A DNA stretch of 64,000 bases from the sequence record NC_048170.1; one strand, 5' to 3'. Every line of letters begins with the position of its first letter. The stretch's first letter is position 1. A program made the position numbers and the translations under genes. The notes under the pieces are model-generated. The model was not told the origin of the DNA. It saw only the letters and a program-made list of their open reading frames with translations, and searched no databases. The DNA comes from Escherichia phage vB_EcoM_Goslar. Of this stretch, positions 30,615-40,490 are shown piece by piece.

Positions 30615-31346
30615 TCACCATTCATACGATCCGGCGCACTGATGCCCCAACAGTACCAACGCGTCGTCTTTGGCAGCTAGGTATTTCTCTAACGTTATCC
30701 GTGAAACAGACACATTAGAGAAATCCATCACACCTAAGCGATGATCGTAATGGTTAATTTGCATCCGGTAGTAACCTTTCTTTACCACCAGAAACTCGCC
30801 TTGACGCAACCATAGCGGAACGTTGTCAACCTCCGCATGGATATAAAACACTGGACATTCTGTCGTAACGGAGTTTTCCTTCCCATCGCTATCTGTAATC
30901 TTCCCTTTGGGAACAGCCGCGATAAAACATTCTCCGATACGCTCGGTTTGATACCCGTTTGGATAGCGCGGATCGTGAAATAACCAGTGCTCATCGCTAA
31001 TATCAACATCGGATAATAACGTACGATGTGGACGTAAGGCGATATCAAACGGAACACGATAAATAACGTACCCGCCTAACCAATGGGCTAAGTGACCGCC
31101 AGAAAAATACTGCTTGATTGCGGTACTGTAACCGTATATACAACCCATCAAACTGCTGGATACACAGATCCTTGGAAACGACCCGTCTTCCATACGCAAA
31201 GTACGTTGAGGGATACGTGGCATCATCGTTTTCAGTTCGGTATCGGTGCTGATGTGCAATAAACCGAAAGGAAGCGTTTTACTCGGCACCCACGCACAAC
31301 GTTCCATAATCGCTCTTGGGACAATAGTCTCGATAGACGATAACAT
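30615..31346 (-). CDS. hypothetical protein
   Basis: 243-aa ORF. Confidence 0.5.
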   Translation of the reverse strand: MLSSIETIVPRAIMERCAWVPSKTLPFGLLHISTDTELKTMMPRIPQRTLRMEDGSFPRICVSSSLMGCIYGYSTAIKQYFSGGHLAHWLGGYVIYRVPFDIALRPHRTLLSDVDISDEHWLFHDPRYPNGYQTERIGECFIAAVPKGKITDSDGKENSVTTECPVFYIHAEVDNVPLWLRQGEFLVVKKGYYRMQINHYDHRLGVMDFSNVSVSRITLEKYLAAKDDALVLLGHQCAGSYEW

Positions 31347-31347
31347 A

Positions 31348-32058
31348 TCACCCCCTCAGAATCGCTTCTGTTTCGCTGATCGTATCCGCAGGATAAACCA
31401 AACTACTATCGATTGCGTTATTCACGTAACCACCCATTAAGTTGGTGATGGTGTTTGTGCCGCTATCGATAATGTTTCGTAATCCGATGTCGATGGCTTT
31501 TAAGGTGCTGCGTTCCTCATCCGAAAGCAAACGCCATGCTCGACGACGATCGTTGGGGTCACGTGTGGTGATAGAAGCCAGAACAGAATAGATGCTGCTA
31601 TCCGCATTCAGTTTAACGCCTGCCAATTTCGCTGACGTGTAGAGCAGCTGATATTTTTCTTTCTCAGTGTACCACCATGGCACCTTACCGAGCGTATAGA
31701 TCTCGTTATACATCAGCCATGGGAAAGAGTTTCGCATCACGACATCGGTCGACACCAACACCGTGTCGCCGGGAAGAAACACAAATTCATAAAACGGCTG
31801 GCCATCCATGGTAATTTCACGGATGTCAGAAGGGTCGATATGGAGCTGGGTCAATGCGTGGCTGACACCATACTGACCATCAGGAAGAATAATCGGGCAG
31901 CACGCACAAACCCGGTTCTCACTCCCGATGATAGATAAACCCAATCCCTCGTAACGGACGGGTGTCAGAATCGAACACCCGCCACGAGTAACAACAGATT
32001 TATCTTCTTGTATGTCCCAGTCCGCAAGCACCGCAGCACCGTTGCGGACAAGCGCCAT
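31348..32058 (-). CDS. hypothetical protein
   Basis: 236-aa ORF. Confidence 0.5.
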   Translation of the reverse strand: MALVRNGAAVLADWDIQEDKSVVTRGGCSILTPVRYEGLGLSIIGSENRVCACCPIILPDGQYGVSHALTQLHIDPSDIREITMDGQPFYEFVFLPGDTVLVSTDVVMRNSFPWLMYNEIYTLGKVPWWYTEKEKYQLLYTSAKLAGVKLNADSSIYSVLASITTRDPNDRRRAWRLLSDEERSTLKAIDIGLRNIIDSGTNTITNLMGGYVNNAIDSSLVYPADTISETEAILRG

Positions 32059-33582
32059 TTACACCTCGCTAATCTGGATAACGTAAAGCTGCTGGACCAC
32101 GTAATCGGTGGTCAGATGCATCGTTGCGATGGTTGCTGCTTCGAACACCGTGAGTTCAGGACGTTCACGCATAATCAAATCGATCTCATCGATAAGACGG
32201 TTAACGCCTTGAGCGTCTTCATGATGCATCGTTTTCACGTACAGCGTACGGAAATACTGCTGGAAATTAGCTACGTCGGTATCGGTAAGGGTAGCAACTT
32301 CACCACGCACAATTTCCATGACCTTCTTACGGGTATCTTCATCGAGGTCCACAGTAATCAGATCAGCAAATACACCCTGCAATGCCAGCGCATATGCACG
32401 TAAGCGGTTTGCGGCTTGCTGGCTGGCTTTCATGTTGATGTAGTTACGGTAATGCTGCATGAAGCCTGCGCCGTTAGCCAGCAGCTCATCTTTACTGATG
32501 AGTTCGCGCTCTAACAGGACAGCTGCGGTTAGTGCTTCCGGTGAACCGCCTTCTTGCAGATAACCCATGTAGACATCCGCGTTAACGAAAATCGTCATCG
32601 TTGACGCATCTTCAGCACGTTGAATCTGAGAAGCTGACGGTGCAGAAAGAATCAGTTCACCACGCTCCATACGCAGAATACGATCACGACCGACGCGTGC
32701 CATCCCGTTGATCGCCGCAGCACGAGCTTGTTGCATTTTAGCGCGGTAGTTTTCAAGCATCATGTCGTTGCCGTCCTGGATGTCTTCCAGCAGGTTAACG
32801 GCCCACATATAGCAGAGGAATGCAGGAGTTGCCGCAGCGCGGGAACCGTGGAATGCAACGTTATCGCTATCCGGATATGTAATCAGATAAGCGGTGTTGT
32901 TCGAAGAAGGAGCGGAACCACGGAAGAAATAGTTGTAGATGTCTTCCAGTGCCTGATCGCTCATCCCTTCCGTCGCTTGCTGTACAAAACGATCCAGGTT
33001 TTCATTACCGGTATACAGCAACGTACGCAGCTTGTCACCAGTGATAAACGCAAGCTTTTCGGTTGGGGTGAAATCGTTATTAATCGAAATCAAGCCATTG
33101 AGATCGTAATCGCTAACTAAGGCCTGGTACTCTTCGGAGTTATAAAACTCAGGATAGTAACTCAGACTTACCGTCGGGATCAGTTTCGGTGCCAGGATGA
33201 TCGAATCGATACGTTTTTCCAGTTCCGGGTACAGCGCACGGCATTTCGGCAGGATGGTATTACGCGCCAACTCTTTGGCATACACCACTTTTTCCACCAC
33301 GTCTTGAACTGCGGTCTGTAAAACTTCATCGTGGATATAAACCTCGCGTTCGCTGGCAGGTGCTACAACGCCATCTTCGGTTTCATCGAGTGTTTCAGCA
33401 ACAACCATACGTTCAGCACTAAGTTGCACCAACGCATCCGCGTCTTCCGGTGGCTGGTTCCAATGCATGGTTTCACAAACCGCGGCTAACGGGGTACCTG
33501 GAATCGCAGCGACGATTTGGTTACGTTTGATAAACCCTTCGACAATAGGCTCAACAGCATAAACGGTTTTATTGGTGATCAT
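32059..33582 (-). CDS. hypothetical protein (possible virion protein)
   Basis: 507-aa ORF. Confidence 0.5.
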   Translation of the reverse strand: MITNKTVYAVEPIVEGFIKRNQIVAAIPGTPLAAVCETMHWNQPPEDADALVQLSAERMVVAETLDETEDGVVAPASEREVYIHDEVLQTAVQDVVEKVVYAKELARNTILPKCRALYPELEKRIDSIILAPKLIPTVSLSYYPEFYNSEEYQALVSDYDLNGLISINNDFTPTEKLAFITGDKLRTLLYTGNENLDRFVQQATEGMSDQALEDIYNYFFRGSAPSSNNTAYLITYPDSDNVAFHGSRAAATPAFLCYMWAVNLLEDIQDGNDMMLENYRAKMQQARAAAINGMARVGRDRILRMERGELILSAPSASQIQRAEDASTMTIFVNADVYMGYLQEGGSPEALTAAVLLERELISKDELLANGAGFMQHYRNYINMKASQQAANRLRAYALALQGVFADLITVDLDEDTRKKVMEIVRGEVATLTDTDVANFQQYFRTLYVKTMHHEDAQGVNRLIDEIDLIMRERPELTVFEAATIATMHLTTDYVVQQLYVIQISEV

Positions 33583-33815
33583 TACTGCGCTCCCTCCAAC
33601 GCATTACTACCTACGGGTTCTTTGGTTTCCAGACGGCTGTTTAGGCGCGCAGCAACCGCATCTTCCAATCCCAACGGCATAACCTTTTTGTTCACGTCAG
33701 GATCGGCGGCATCATTACCAACGGTTTGACGTACGACCTCAGCAACCAACGTTACCGCGTTCGTCAGCGCAACAAAGCTCGCTGCCCGAGCCGTGTTAAG
33801 TTGTTCTTGGTTCAT
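33582..33815 (-). CDS. small hypothetical protein
   Basis: 77-aa ORF. Confidence 0.4.
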   Translation of the reverse strand: MNQEQLNTARAASFVALTNAVTLVAEVVRQTVGNDAADPDVNKKVMPLGLEDAVAARLNSRLETKEPVGSNALEGAQ

Positions 33816-33846
33816 TCACTTTTCCTTTTAATGTCAGAGCATCGCA

Positions 33847-33869
33847 TTCTTGACATACGTCAAGAAGGT
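33847..33869 (-). promoter_or_regulatory. ACCTTCTTGACGTA box (copy 1) within palindrome TTCTTGAC-GTAT-GTCAAGAA
   Basis: about 41 nt upstream of ATG at 33815, directly after beta-gene terminator. Confidence 0.45.
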
Positions 33870-33890
33870 ACTGCGTTCAGCGAAATAAAC

Positions 33891-33916
33891 GAGCAGGGGC
33901 ATGAAGCCCCCTGCTC
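33891..33916. terminator. terminator hairpin after RNAP beta-like gene
   Basis: gagcaggggg-c-atgaa-g-ccccctgctc immediately after stop; T-rich on both sides. Confidence 0.55.
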
Positions 33917-36900
33917 TTATTTGGCGTCGTTAAAATAAATATCAACAGCTCGTTCCGTTGCGTAGAGGAGACCAAGATTCACAGTCCCAACCACTTCCGG
34001 TGAACCGATGATACGGTTAGCGATACTGGTGCCACTGAAGATAGCATCAAGGGTGTGCCCGTCTTCGGTTTTGTTCACACCATGACCCACGGAAGAGACA
34101 ACGGATTTCGCTTGTGCTGCGAAGGTACCTTTATCACCCATCCCCGCACCAAGGTCGTAACGCATGAAAATACGGATGGCGATCTGGTTCTCGCCTAACG
34201 GATTACCGTCTATTCTTACGTTACTGTTGTTGATACGCCCCGTTGTTGCTTCGTTGAGTTTCAGTTCCTTAACGCGTTTAGCTCGTGCTTTATCCGCATC
34301 GCCGACGAGCGCTGCCATGGTTTCACTCATATCCTCAATCTGAGCGCGGTACAATACATCGATCTGTACAACTTCACCATGAACGTCAGCACGTGGGTTA
34401 TACTGACTCATACGCCGTAATGCTTCAACGGCTTCCTGACTCTCATCACTCAGATCGGTCGCAATCGGTTCTTCCAGTGTTGCAAGGATCGTTCGTGGTT
34501 CAACATGATCGCCGATTTTCACGAGACCACGAATGTTGAGATGGGCGTCAACGATGAGTGTACGACTCTTAATCGATGGTGTTACGAGACGATCGGCAAG
34601 ATTGTCGAAGATATACGAACTGTCCTCGTGCGTCTCTGGAATATCCAGAATACCGACAAGAGACAGAACACCTGCGCGCCAAACAACCTGACCTGGGTTC
34701 CACCAATCGCGTTTAAAATAAAGACGATGGAAAACCACCACATCCTGATCCTTAACGCGATCCCCGACTTTATAATCGGTAATGAGATCGTGAGGATAAT
34801 ACTTACCTGGTCCTTTCCCGATTATCGTGCCGAGTTGGAAAACCTCTTCTCCTAACTCTGGATCGTCGTATTGTATCGTAAGCGCAGTTTTGGTGACCTT
34901 CTTAACAACACCATCGCCTTGGGCAGCTGCTGCGAAGAGTTTACCAACACGATGCGCGATGACTGTCTCGCCACCCGTACGCCATGGTTGTACATCGTAA
35001 CCTTCAGCAGCAATCATGCGGTTGTGTTGGATTCCGACAAAAACCAGACGTTTTCCATCGTCACGGTCTACAGCCGGAACAGCTAACGCCGACGTACTCA
35101 TTACCGATGAGATACCATCTGTCTTTTCATCGAATGGTCGTGTTTCACCATACACCGACACGATATTAGCATTAGGTGCAAGGTAAGCAGAGATACCCAC
35201 ATCCCCACTATCTTTCGTACCCTCTGACACAATACCAACATCAGACTTGTCGTATTCACGATCGCGTGCGCGTCGAAGCGATGTCTTTGAACGACCTCCG
35301 ATACCGGTCATCGTTGCTTCTTCACCTTGCTTGATATCCAGCATTGGGTTGGTTTCATCAATGACGATAGAAGCACTGTCGTCAAGGATTTGGTTCCAAA
35401 CGCTCACCGGACTGATTGAGATCTTCTGTCGGTTGCCTTGGCTGCTGTTCTCATTCTGACGAATAGCGCCAACCAGGTCCTTATACACCAATTCAGCGAA
35501 CTTATCGTACGTTTTAAAACGTTGGTAGTTCACATCGTTCGTGTTAGGTGCCCAATCATCCAGAAGCAGTTCAACAGCACGCAGTAGCAACATGGCGAAA
35601 TCAGTAGGTTCTCCCATGTTCTGTAATAGCGTACGGCTTACCGGATCAACGAAAAGACGCTCCATGAGTTCAAGTTCGCGTAAATGGCGAACCTTAAGTC
35701 CAGCACCATCGACAACGTTAAAATAGATATCACGATTGTCAAAAGCGCCGCGAGCGTAACCGATGTAGTTACGGTACTCGTTAAACCCACCCAGCAACAA
35801 CGTCGTCATGCGATCGTCTTTACTGAAAATCAAACTTTCATCGTCAAAGCTCACCGCGAATTCATCTGCTGCTAACCCCATACGAGAACCACGAGGTACC
35901 GTACGATAGTTTGCTTTAAGATGTTCTAATAACGGGGTAAGTCCGCCCAGATAACTTAGAACAACGCCAACCGGAATACGTACACCCATGAATTCAAGAT
36001 CGGCGGCTTCGATCGGCATCTTAGCCGCATTGATACCGAAGAAATCAGGGAACGTCCCTACAGGTGTTGGTGTTTGTCCTGACTGACAGATATAGAGCTG
36101 ATTGCGTTCATCGATCGCTAGGAACTCACCCGATGTGTTACGTGCGAACGTCAGGAGTCCTTCGGCTAACTGTTCGTTGAACCGATCTTCCCCAATGAAC
36201 TCCGGCAATGTTTTTATATCGAGACGTATATCCCAATCAGCAAATTGGATTTGGGTATAGTTGCGTGCAAGCACAGCGAAGTAATACGGGACTTTGACAG
36301 CCGGATCAAAGACGTTACCACGTTTTAACGTTGTTAAGGGTGAGGACTTATCGTAATACATCGCCGTAAGTTGACGTGTTAGCCAACGACCGGCGTTATT
36401 AACGACGCGCTCTGAACGTTTAACAAACACCTTACCGTAGGCGGTACTTAATGCAACTTCGGATGATGATACCTTTCTAATAGGTTTATCAACACGTTGT
36501 TTACGCATCCGGTACTTGATGCCGTTAACAACATAAATGCCATCCTTACGAACCTTCGGCAACATCACCGGGAACGTGGTTGGGACACCGCCTACAGGGG
36601 CCAGTTTAATCGTGATGACTTGATAATCCCCCATCACGTCAACAACATCTTCGACTTTATATCCCGTAACAGGGTAACCTGCTTGCTGTACCGCAACAAC
36701 GGCAGCTGCGATGTCCTTTTGCATTACATGCTCAACGTAATGTTTATCCCACACCGCAAGCGTCGATTTACATAGGCTCTTATCGACGATAACATCCGCT
36801 TCCGGCATAACCTTTGCGGGAGCTAATTTTGCGGCTTTTGGTTTAACTTCAACATACTCGGCAAGCGTGAGTCCAGAACCGTCGGGCGCTTCGATTTCAT

Positions 36901-38263
36901 GAATAGCGTCGGCATTACGCATCGCTGCTTTATATTGGACGCCGCTTAACTGACCCGCATCCGCCAGATCGCTCGCGCGCACCAACACCGCATCCGATAA
37001 CGACTGAATATATTCACCGTGCGTTTTTGGTAACGTTGCCGCGTCAAAGACATCAACCTTTTCTTCTTCGGTATCGTCGGTAACGACTTCGAAGAGATCG
37101 TCGGTAATGTCCTGATCTTCATCGGGTTGGAAATCTGGTTGTACTTCTACCCCGGGTACTTCACGGACATCTTCGAACGCGCGTTCTACAATGGCGTTCC
37201 ACGCATCAGCGTCATCGTCTTCATCCGACCCACCGACCAACTCCGCTTCTAACTCGTCGGGGTCAAGAACAGTGGCCAGATCCTCCCCGTTAGGAAGCAT
37301 GACGTCACGATCATCGTACTCCGCATCCGGGCTGTCCGCAAGAATATCTCGCTCTTGACGAAGAACCTGTTCCTCTTCTTGTTTCTGTTCTTCTTCATTC
37401 GCACTCTGCGACCACAGACGTGTTACCGCCATCATCCAACGACGCTGGAAGGTTTCAAGTGTCGTTTTATCGAGTTCTTCCCCTTCCTTTACAAGTCCGG
37501 TACGCCATTCTTCCAGTAGACCAAGATTCAGCGTAAAGAAGTACACACCGTCTGTAAATACAACGTTAAGCTTATCCAGCGTGGCTCTGTCTAACGAAGC
37601 CATCGTGCTGTTCTCACGATCGACGCCCAGCCAGCGGAAGAAGTCAAAGAACGACAGCTCCTCCGGCGTGGCGAAATTCATGAGGTTGTTACGGGTCGGT
37701 GCCTGTTGCGTGGTACGCATCAACGAAATCTTCGGCAATGTTGACGGTATACGGAACAACAAAAAGTGTTGACGATCGCTTTGCTGTGCGATTTCGTTGG
37801 CTTTCGACCAAATTGTTTTACGCACGTTGAACCATTCATCATACCAACGGGTGAGCGTTGGACGATAGATGTACATGTGGTTAAGATGTGCGTAGTTAGC
37901 AACGATCTGAGCGTTGATGTTTTTCTCCACCGTACTTAGATCGGTAACCAAACGAAAACGACGATGCGATGCACGATAATCCAATTTCGCTCGTGGAAGT
38001 TGGAATCGTTGATCGCGTCGAGGTGCACCCTGTTTGGTTGCGAGATCATCAGCAAACGAAATCCATAGTTGAGCACTTTCTTTACTCAGCATGTATTCGT
38101 TTTCTGGAGGACCTATCAATGAAGGATCCGTTGCGGTGTAATGATAGACAGCATAACGCGGCAGCTGCAATAGCTGCACTAAACGTAATCTCGGTGACAA
38201 TAGCTCTTGGTAGCGTCTGACACCAAACTGTCGGTAGTAATCAAGGTATTTAAGTTTTGCCAT
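33917..38263 (-). CDS. multisubunit RNA polymerase beta-like subunit
   Basis: NPMLDIKQGEEATMTGIGGRSKTSLRRARD...SEGTKDSGDVGISAYLAPNANI resembles beta NPLSEITHKRR..GPGGLTRERAG..ETPEGPNIGLI; GDKGTF...GHGVNKTEDGHTLDAIFSGTSI resembles GDKMAGRHGNKGV block; RBS GGAG. Confidence 0.55.
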   Translation of the reverse strand: MAKLKYLDYYRQFGVRRYQELLSPRLRLVQLLQLPRYAVYHYTATDPSLIGPPENEYMLSKESAQLWISFADDLATKQGAPRRDQRFQLPRAKLDYRASHRRFRLVTDLSTVEKNINAQIVANYAHLNHMYIYRPTLTRWYDEWFNVRKTIWSKANEIAQQSDRQHFLLFRIPSTLPKISLMRTTQQAPTRNNLMNFATPEELSFFDFFRWLGVDRENSTMASLDRATLDKLNVVFTDGVYFFTLNLGLLEEWRTGLVKEGEELDKTTLETFQRRWMMAVTRLWSQSANEEEQKQEEEQVLRQERDILADSPDAEYDDRDVMLPNGEDLATVLDPDELEAELVGGSDEDDDADAWNAIVERAFEDVREVPGVEVQPDFQPDEDQDITDDLFEVVTDDTEEEKVDVFDAATLPKTHGEYIQSLSDAVLVRASDLADAGQLSGVQYKAAMRNADAIHEIEAPDGSGLTLAEYVEVKPKAAKLAPAKVMPEADVIVDKSLCKSTLAVWDKHYVEHVMQKDIAAAVVAVQQAGYPVTGYKVEDVVDVMGDYQVITIKLAPVGGVPTTFPVMLPKVRKDGIYVVNGIKYRMRKQRVDKPIRKVSSSEVALSTAYGKVFVKRSERVVNNAGRWLTRQLTAMYYDKSSPLTTLKRGNVFDPAVKVPYYFAVLARNYTQIQFADWDIRLDIKTLPEFIGEDRFNEQLAEGLLTFARNTSGEFLAIDERNQLYICQSGQTPTPVGTFPDFFGINAAKMPIEAADLEFMGVRIPVGVVLSYLGGLTPLLEHLKANYRTVPRGSRMGLAADEFAVSFDDESLIFSKDDRMTTLLLGGFNEYRNYIGYARGAFDNRDIYFNVVDGAGLKVRHLRELELMERLFVDPVSRTLLQNMGEPTDFAMLLLRAVELLLDDWAPNTNDVNYQRFKTYDKFAELVYKDLVGAIRQNENSSQGNRQKISISPVSVWNQILDDSASIVIDETNPMLDIKQGEEATMTGIGGRSKTSLRRARDREYDKSDVGIVSEGTKDSGDVGISAYLAPNANIVSVYGETRPFDEKTDGISSVMSTSALAVPAVDRDDGKRLVFVGIQHNRMIAAEGYDVQPWRTGGETVIAHRVGKLFAAAAQGDGVVKKVTKTALTIQYDDPELGEEVFQLGTIIGKGPGKYYPHDLITDYKVGDRVKDQDVVVFHRLYFKRDWWNPGQVVWRAGVLSLVGILDIPETHEDSSYIFDNLADRLVTPSIKSRTLIVDAHLNIRGLVKIGDHVEPRTILATLEEPIATDLSDESQEAVEALRRMSQYNPRADVHGEVVQIDVLYRAQIEDMSETMAALVGDADKARAKRVKELKLNEATTGRINNSNVRIDGNPLGENQIAIRIFMRYDLGAGMGDKGTFAAQAKSVVSSVGHGVNKTEDGHTLDAIFSGTSIANRIIGSPEVVGTVNLGLLYATERAVDIYFNDAK

Positions 38264-38266
38264 GGG

Positions 38267-38446
38267 TTAGGCTCCACGAGGTCCCGTTAAGTTGCGTAAT
38301 AGGAACGCAACCGTATCGTAACCAATATCAATGTTGAATTTATTTTTACCACTTACCCAGAAAGCTCGCTTCTTGTGCGAGTTGGTAATTTCGTCAATAG
38401 CTTCCATGGAATAAAGAACGTTAACCGAGACCGTATCACCGTCGAA
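38267..38446 (-). CDS. RNAP beta-prime-like subunit, exon 2
   Basis: frame translates FDGDTVSVNVLYSMEAIDEITN...GYDTVAFLLRNLTGPRGA*, colinear with E. coli beta-prime after DFDGD; below 60-codon ORF-track cutoff. Confidence 0.6.
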   Translation of the reverse strand, partial: FDGDTVSVNVLYSMEAIDEITNSHKKRAFWVSGKNKFNIDIGYDTVAFLLRNLTGPRGA

Positions 38447-38930
38447 CCTTGTCTTCGCCTCAGGTCGCTACGCTGAGACCGCCTGCATGGATACGTACAT
38501 CACAGGCTGCTTGCACTTTCATGCAAGAGGAGACTATATCAAACCGTCAGCTTCACTTTCTCGATCATATCGAGAATGCGGCGCTGAAGTATTCTTCAGC
38601 AGCACCTGTTACGGTAACCTACACTTCGAAGACGCTTGTCCTCTACAGGGTGGTAAATCCCTTAGTCGTTGAACCTGCGTTGTTTCACATTCTTACAACC
38701 AAGAATGCCGTATTGCTACGCAATAACCAGGCTGCTGATTGCCCATTGTCTCGCACCTTAGCACCGCTTACGCGGCTTTTCTTTCAGCCTAAGCCTCTTA
38801 CGGAGGTAGTGCATCTCAACTGTTGTTTCTGCCTTTCGGCACCTCATGGGTCGTTGAGCTTTAGGGGTTCCCAGCAATTCGTAGGTTTTTCAAGCACTCC
38901 CTTTCAGGAATACCGGACCTTATAGAAAAG
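38447..38930 (-). ncRNA. group I intron catalytic core (3' part of intron)
   Basis: minus strand: AATTGCTGGGAA (38879-38868), AATCAGCAGCC (38740-38730), GTTCAACGACTAAG (38674-38661), GATATAGTCTCC (38540-38529) in P-Q-R-S order; no ORF of 60 codons or more on the coding strand. Confidence 0.6.
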
Positions 38931-40403
38931 CTATTTATTCAAGTATCTGAAATCCCACTTATCCTTACGTCTATTATCGCACTTGATGTCAGGATGTCTA
39001 ACACGGTGTTGAATCGTAGTCGCTGGTAATTGACTCACATTCACAGCCGATTTCGCGCCAAGAACAATTGTTTTTGTGTTGTCCGGACGAGTAACTTCTA
39101 CCGCTCGATGATGTTTACGTAACACATCACGCCAATACTCACGCCGTTCCGGTTCCGCGTATTCGAGCATATAACCGTTGGTATCGACCAGACCGTAACT
39201 CTCGTTTAAACGAGAGGTGGCGGCTGGTCTACTAATACCAATCGCTTTAGCCGCGTCAACCACGGTTTTATACGGGGTCTCATTACCGTCTCTATCTACA
39301 ACCACAATAAAATCTGGACGCGAATCGAGCAGCTGCTGTCTTCGTTCAAGGGCTTGTTGATGAAGCACCTTATTAACATGTTCGAACCCGTAACCTTCTG
39401 GACCGTGCCACCCTGGATTGTTATTCGCTCGATAAAGTATCGTCGCAGATTTCACTCCCGTCTGACGTGACGCCTCGTTCGCACTATGGACAACCGTGGT
39501 AGTGCCATCAGGGTGATATATCCGTATCTGGTTCATTATACCAGAACCAACGAAATTACCATCAGCTGATTTAATGTCCGGCCAGGGTTGTGGATCATCT
39601 TTGAATTTAACCACCCAACGGTTGTTAAACAATTTGACTTTCCGAGCATGTTTACCTAATGTCGTGTCTGTAACACCGGCTACAGCAGAGGCTTGCGCGA
39701 TACTAGGATATTCCGTGACCACATCTTCTTCAGTATCCCAAAGGAGAACCGGTTTGTTATCATCACGTAGTCCGGTCTCAACCGCATGTAGAATATTTCT
39801 AAGGCGGGTTGCCCATTCTAGATTGTCTAACGCGTAATTCCACTTATCGCCATCAAGATGGTTAACGTCCATCCTATCGACATCAGCCGGATAATCTTTC
39901 CACGCTAAGAGCAGACAGCGATGAAGCGATCTTCTCTGGGATTTAAATCGGCAATCATGCTGCATACTAACGAAAACATAGCTATCGTCAACACACCAGT
40001 GAGGACACTGACGGCCAGTAATACGGTTGATGATTCTACCTTTCCGGTTGGCCAAATAACGAGTGTGTCCGGGAATGACACGATAACCTGGGTACTTAGC
40101 GATTTCGTAAGCAGGCTCGAACCGATAGGATAAATTATCAACATCCCAGTTAGATTCGTCACCATCAACAAACATCGCTTTGACGTATTTCTGTGTTTCA
40201 ATATCAACCAGGATGTTTTTGTGTGCGATACAAATCAATGCTGGGATATTGAATTCGCGACCGGCTATGATAACCGTGTCGCCATTTCTCGGTACCTCGA
40301 CGTGGGTATCGCGATACCGTAAGTTTCCATAGCCGTCTATTTCAATCCAGCTTAAAAACGGAATGGGTATAAACTCTTTTTCAGATACTCGCCATTTAAA
40401 CAT
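38931..40403 (-). CDS. HNH homing endonuclease (intron-encoded)
   Basis: HNH motif VNHLDGDKWNYALDNLEWATRLRN; C-terminal repeated DNA-binding-like modules (SIAQASAVAGVTDTTLGKHARK, TVVDAAKAIGISRPAATSRL). Confidence 0.8.
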   Translation of the reverse strand: MFKWRVSEKEFIPIPFLSWIEIDGYGNLRYRDTHVEVPRNGDTVIIAGREFNIPALICIAHKNILVDIETQKYVKAMFVDGDESNWDVDNLSYRFEPAYEIAKYPGYRVIPGHTRYLANRKGRIINRITGRQCPHWCVDDSYVFVSMQHDCRFKSQRRSLHRCLLLAWKDYPADVDRMDVNHLDGDKWNYALDNLEWATRLRNILHAVETGLRDDNKPVLLWDTEEDVVTEYPSIAQASAVAGVTDTTLGKHARKVKLFNNRWVVKFKDDPQPWPDIKSADGNFVGSGIMNQIRIYHPDGTTTVVHSANEASRQTGVKSATILYRANNNPGWHGPEGYGFEHVNKVLHQQALERRQQLLDSRPDFIVVVDRDGNETPYKTVVDAAKAIGISRPAATSRLNESYGLVDTNGYMLEYAEPERREYWRDVLRKHHRAVEVTRPDNTKTIVLGAKSAVNVSQLPATTIQHRVRHPDIKCDNRRKDKWDFRYLNK

Positions 40404-40410
40404 TTCAATA

Positions 40411-40440
40411 CCTATTAATTACCACTTTCATATTAATAGG
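40411..40440 (-). promoter_or_regulatory. AT-rich 9-bp hairpin just upstream of HNH start codon
   Basis: minus strand cctattaat-atgaaagtggta-attaatagg ending 8 nt before ATG. Confidence 0.35.
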
Positions 40441-40490
40441 TTTAAAAGTTAAATTTGCCAGAAAACTGGCATTTTGTTAGCCTTTCCTTG

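Larger units (their letters stand above)
38447..40490 (-). mobile_element. group I intron with HNH homing endonuclease ORF (boundaries approximate)
   Basis: splits beta-prime-like gene at the DFDGD loop; 5' exon ends in U, intron ends in G under proposed junction GGTGAT|TTCGAC. Confidence 0.6.

Noticed and set aside
38449-38925. 158-aa plus-strand ORF (and nested 61-aa ORF 38487..38672)
   Set aside because: Antisense to the group I intron core; low-complexity composition, no RBS; the minus-strand RNA structure explains the region better.
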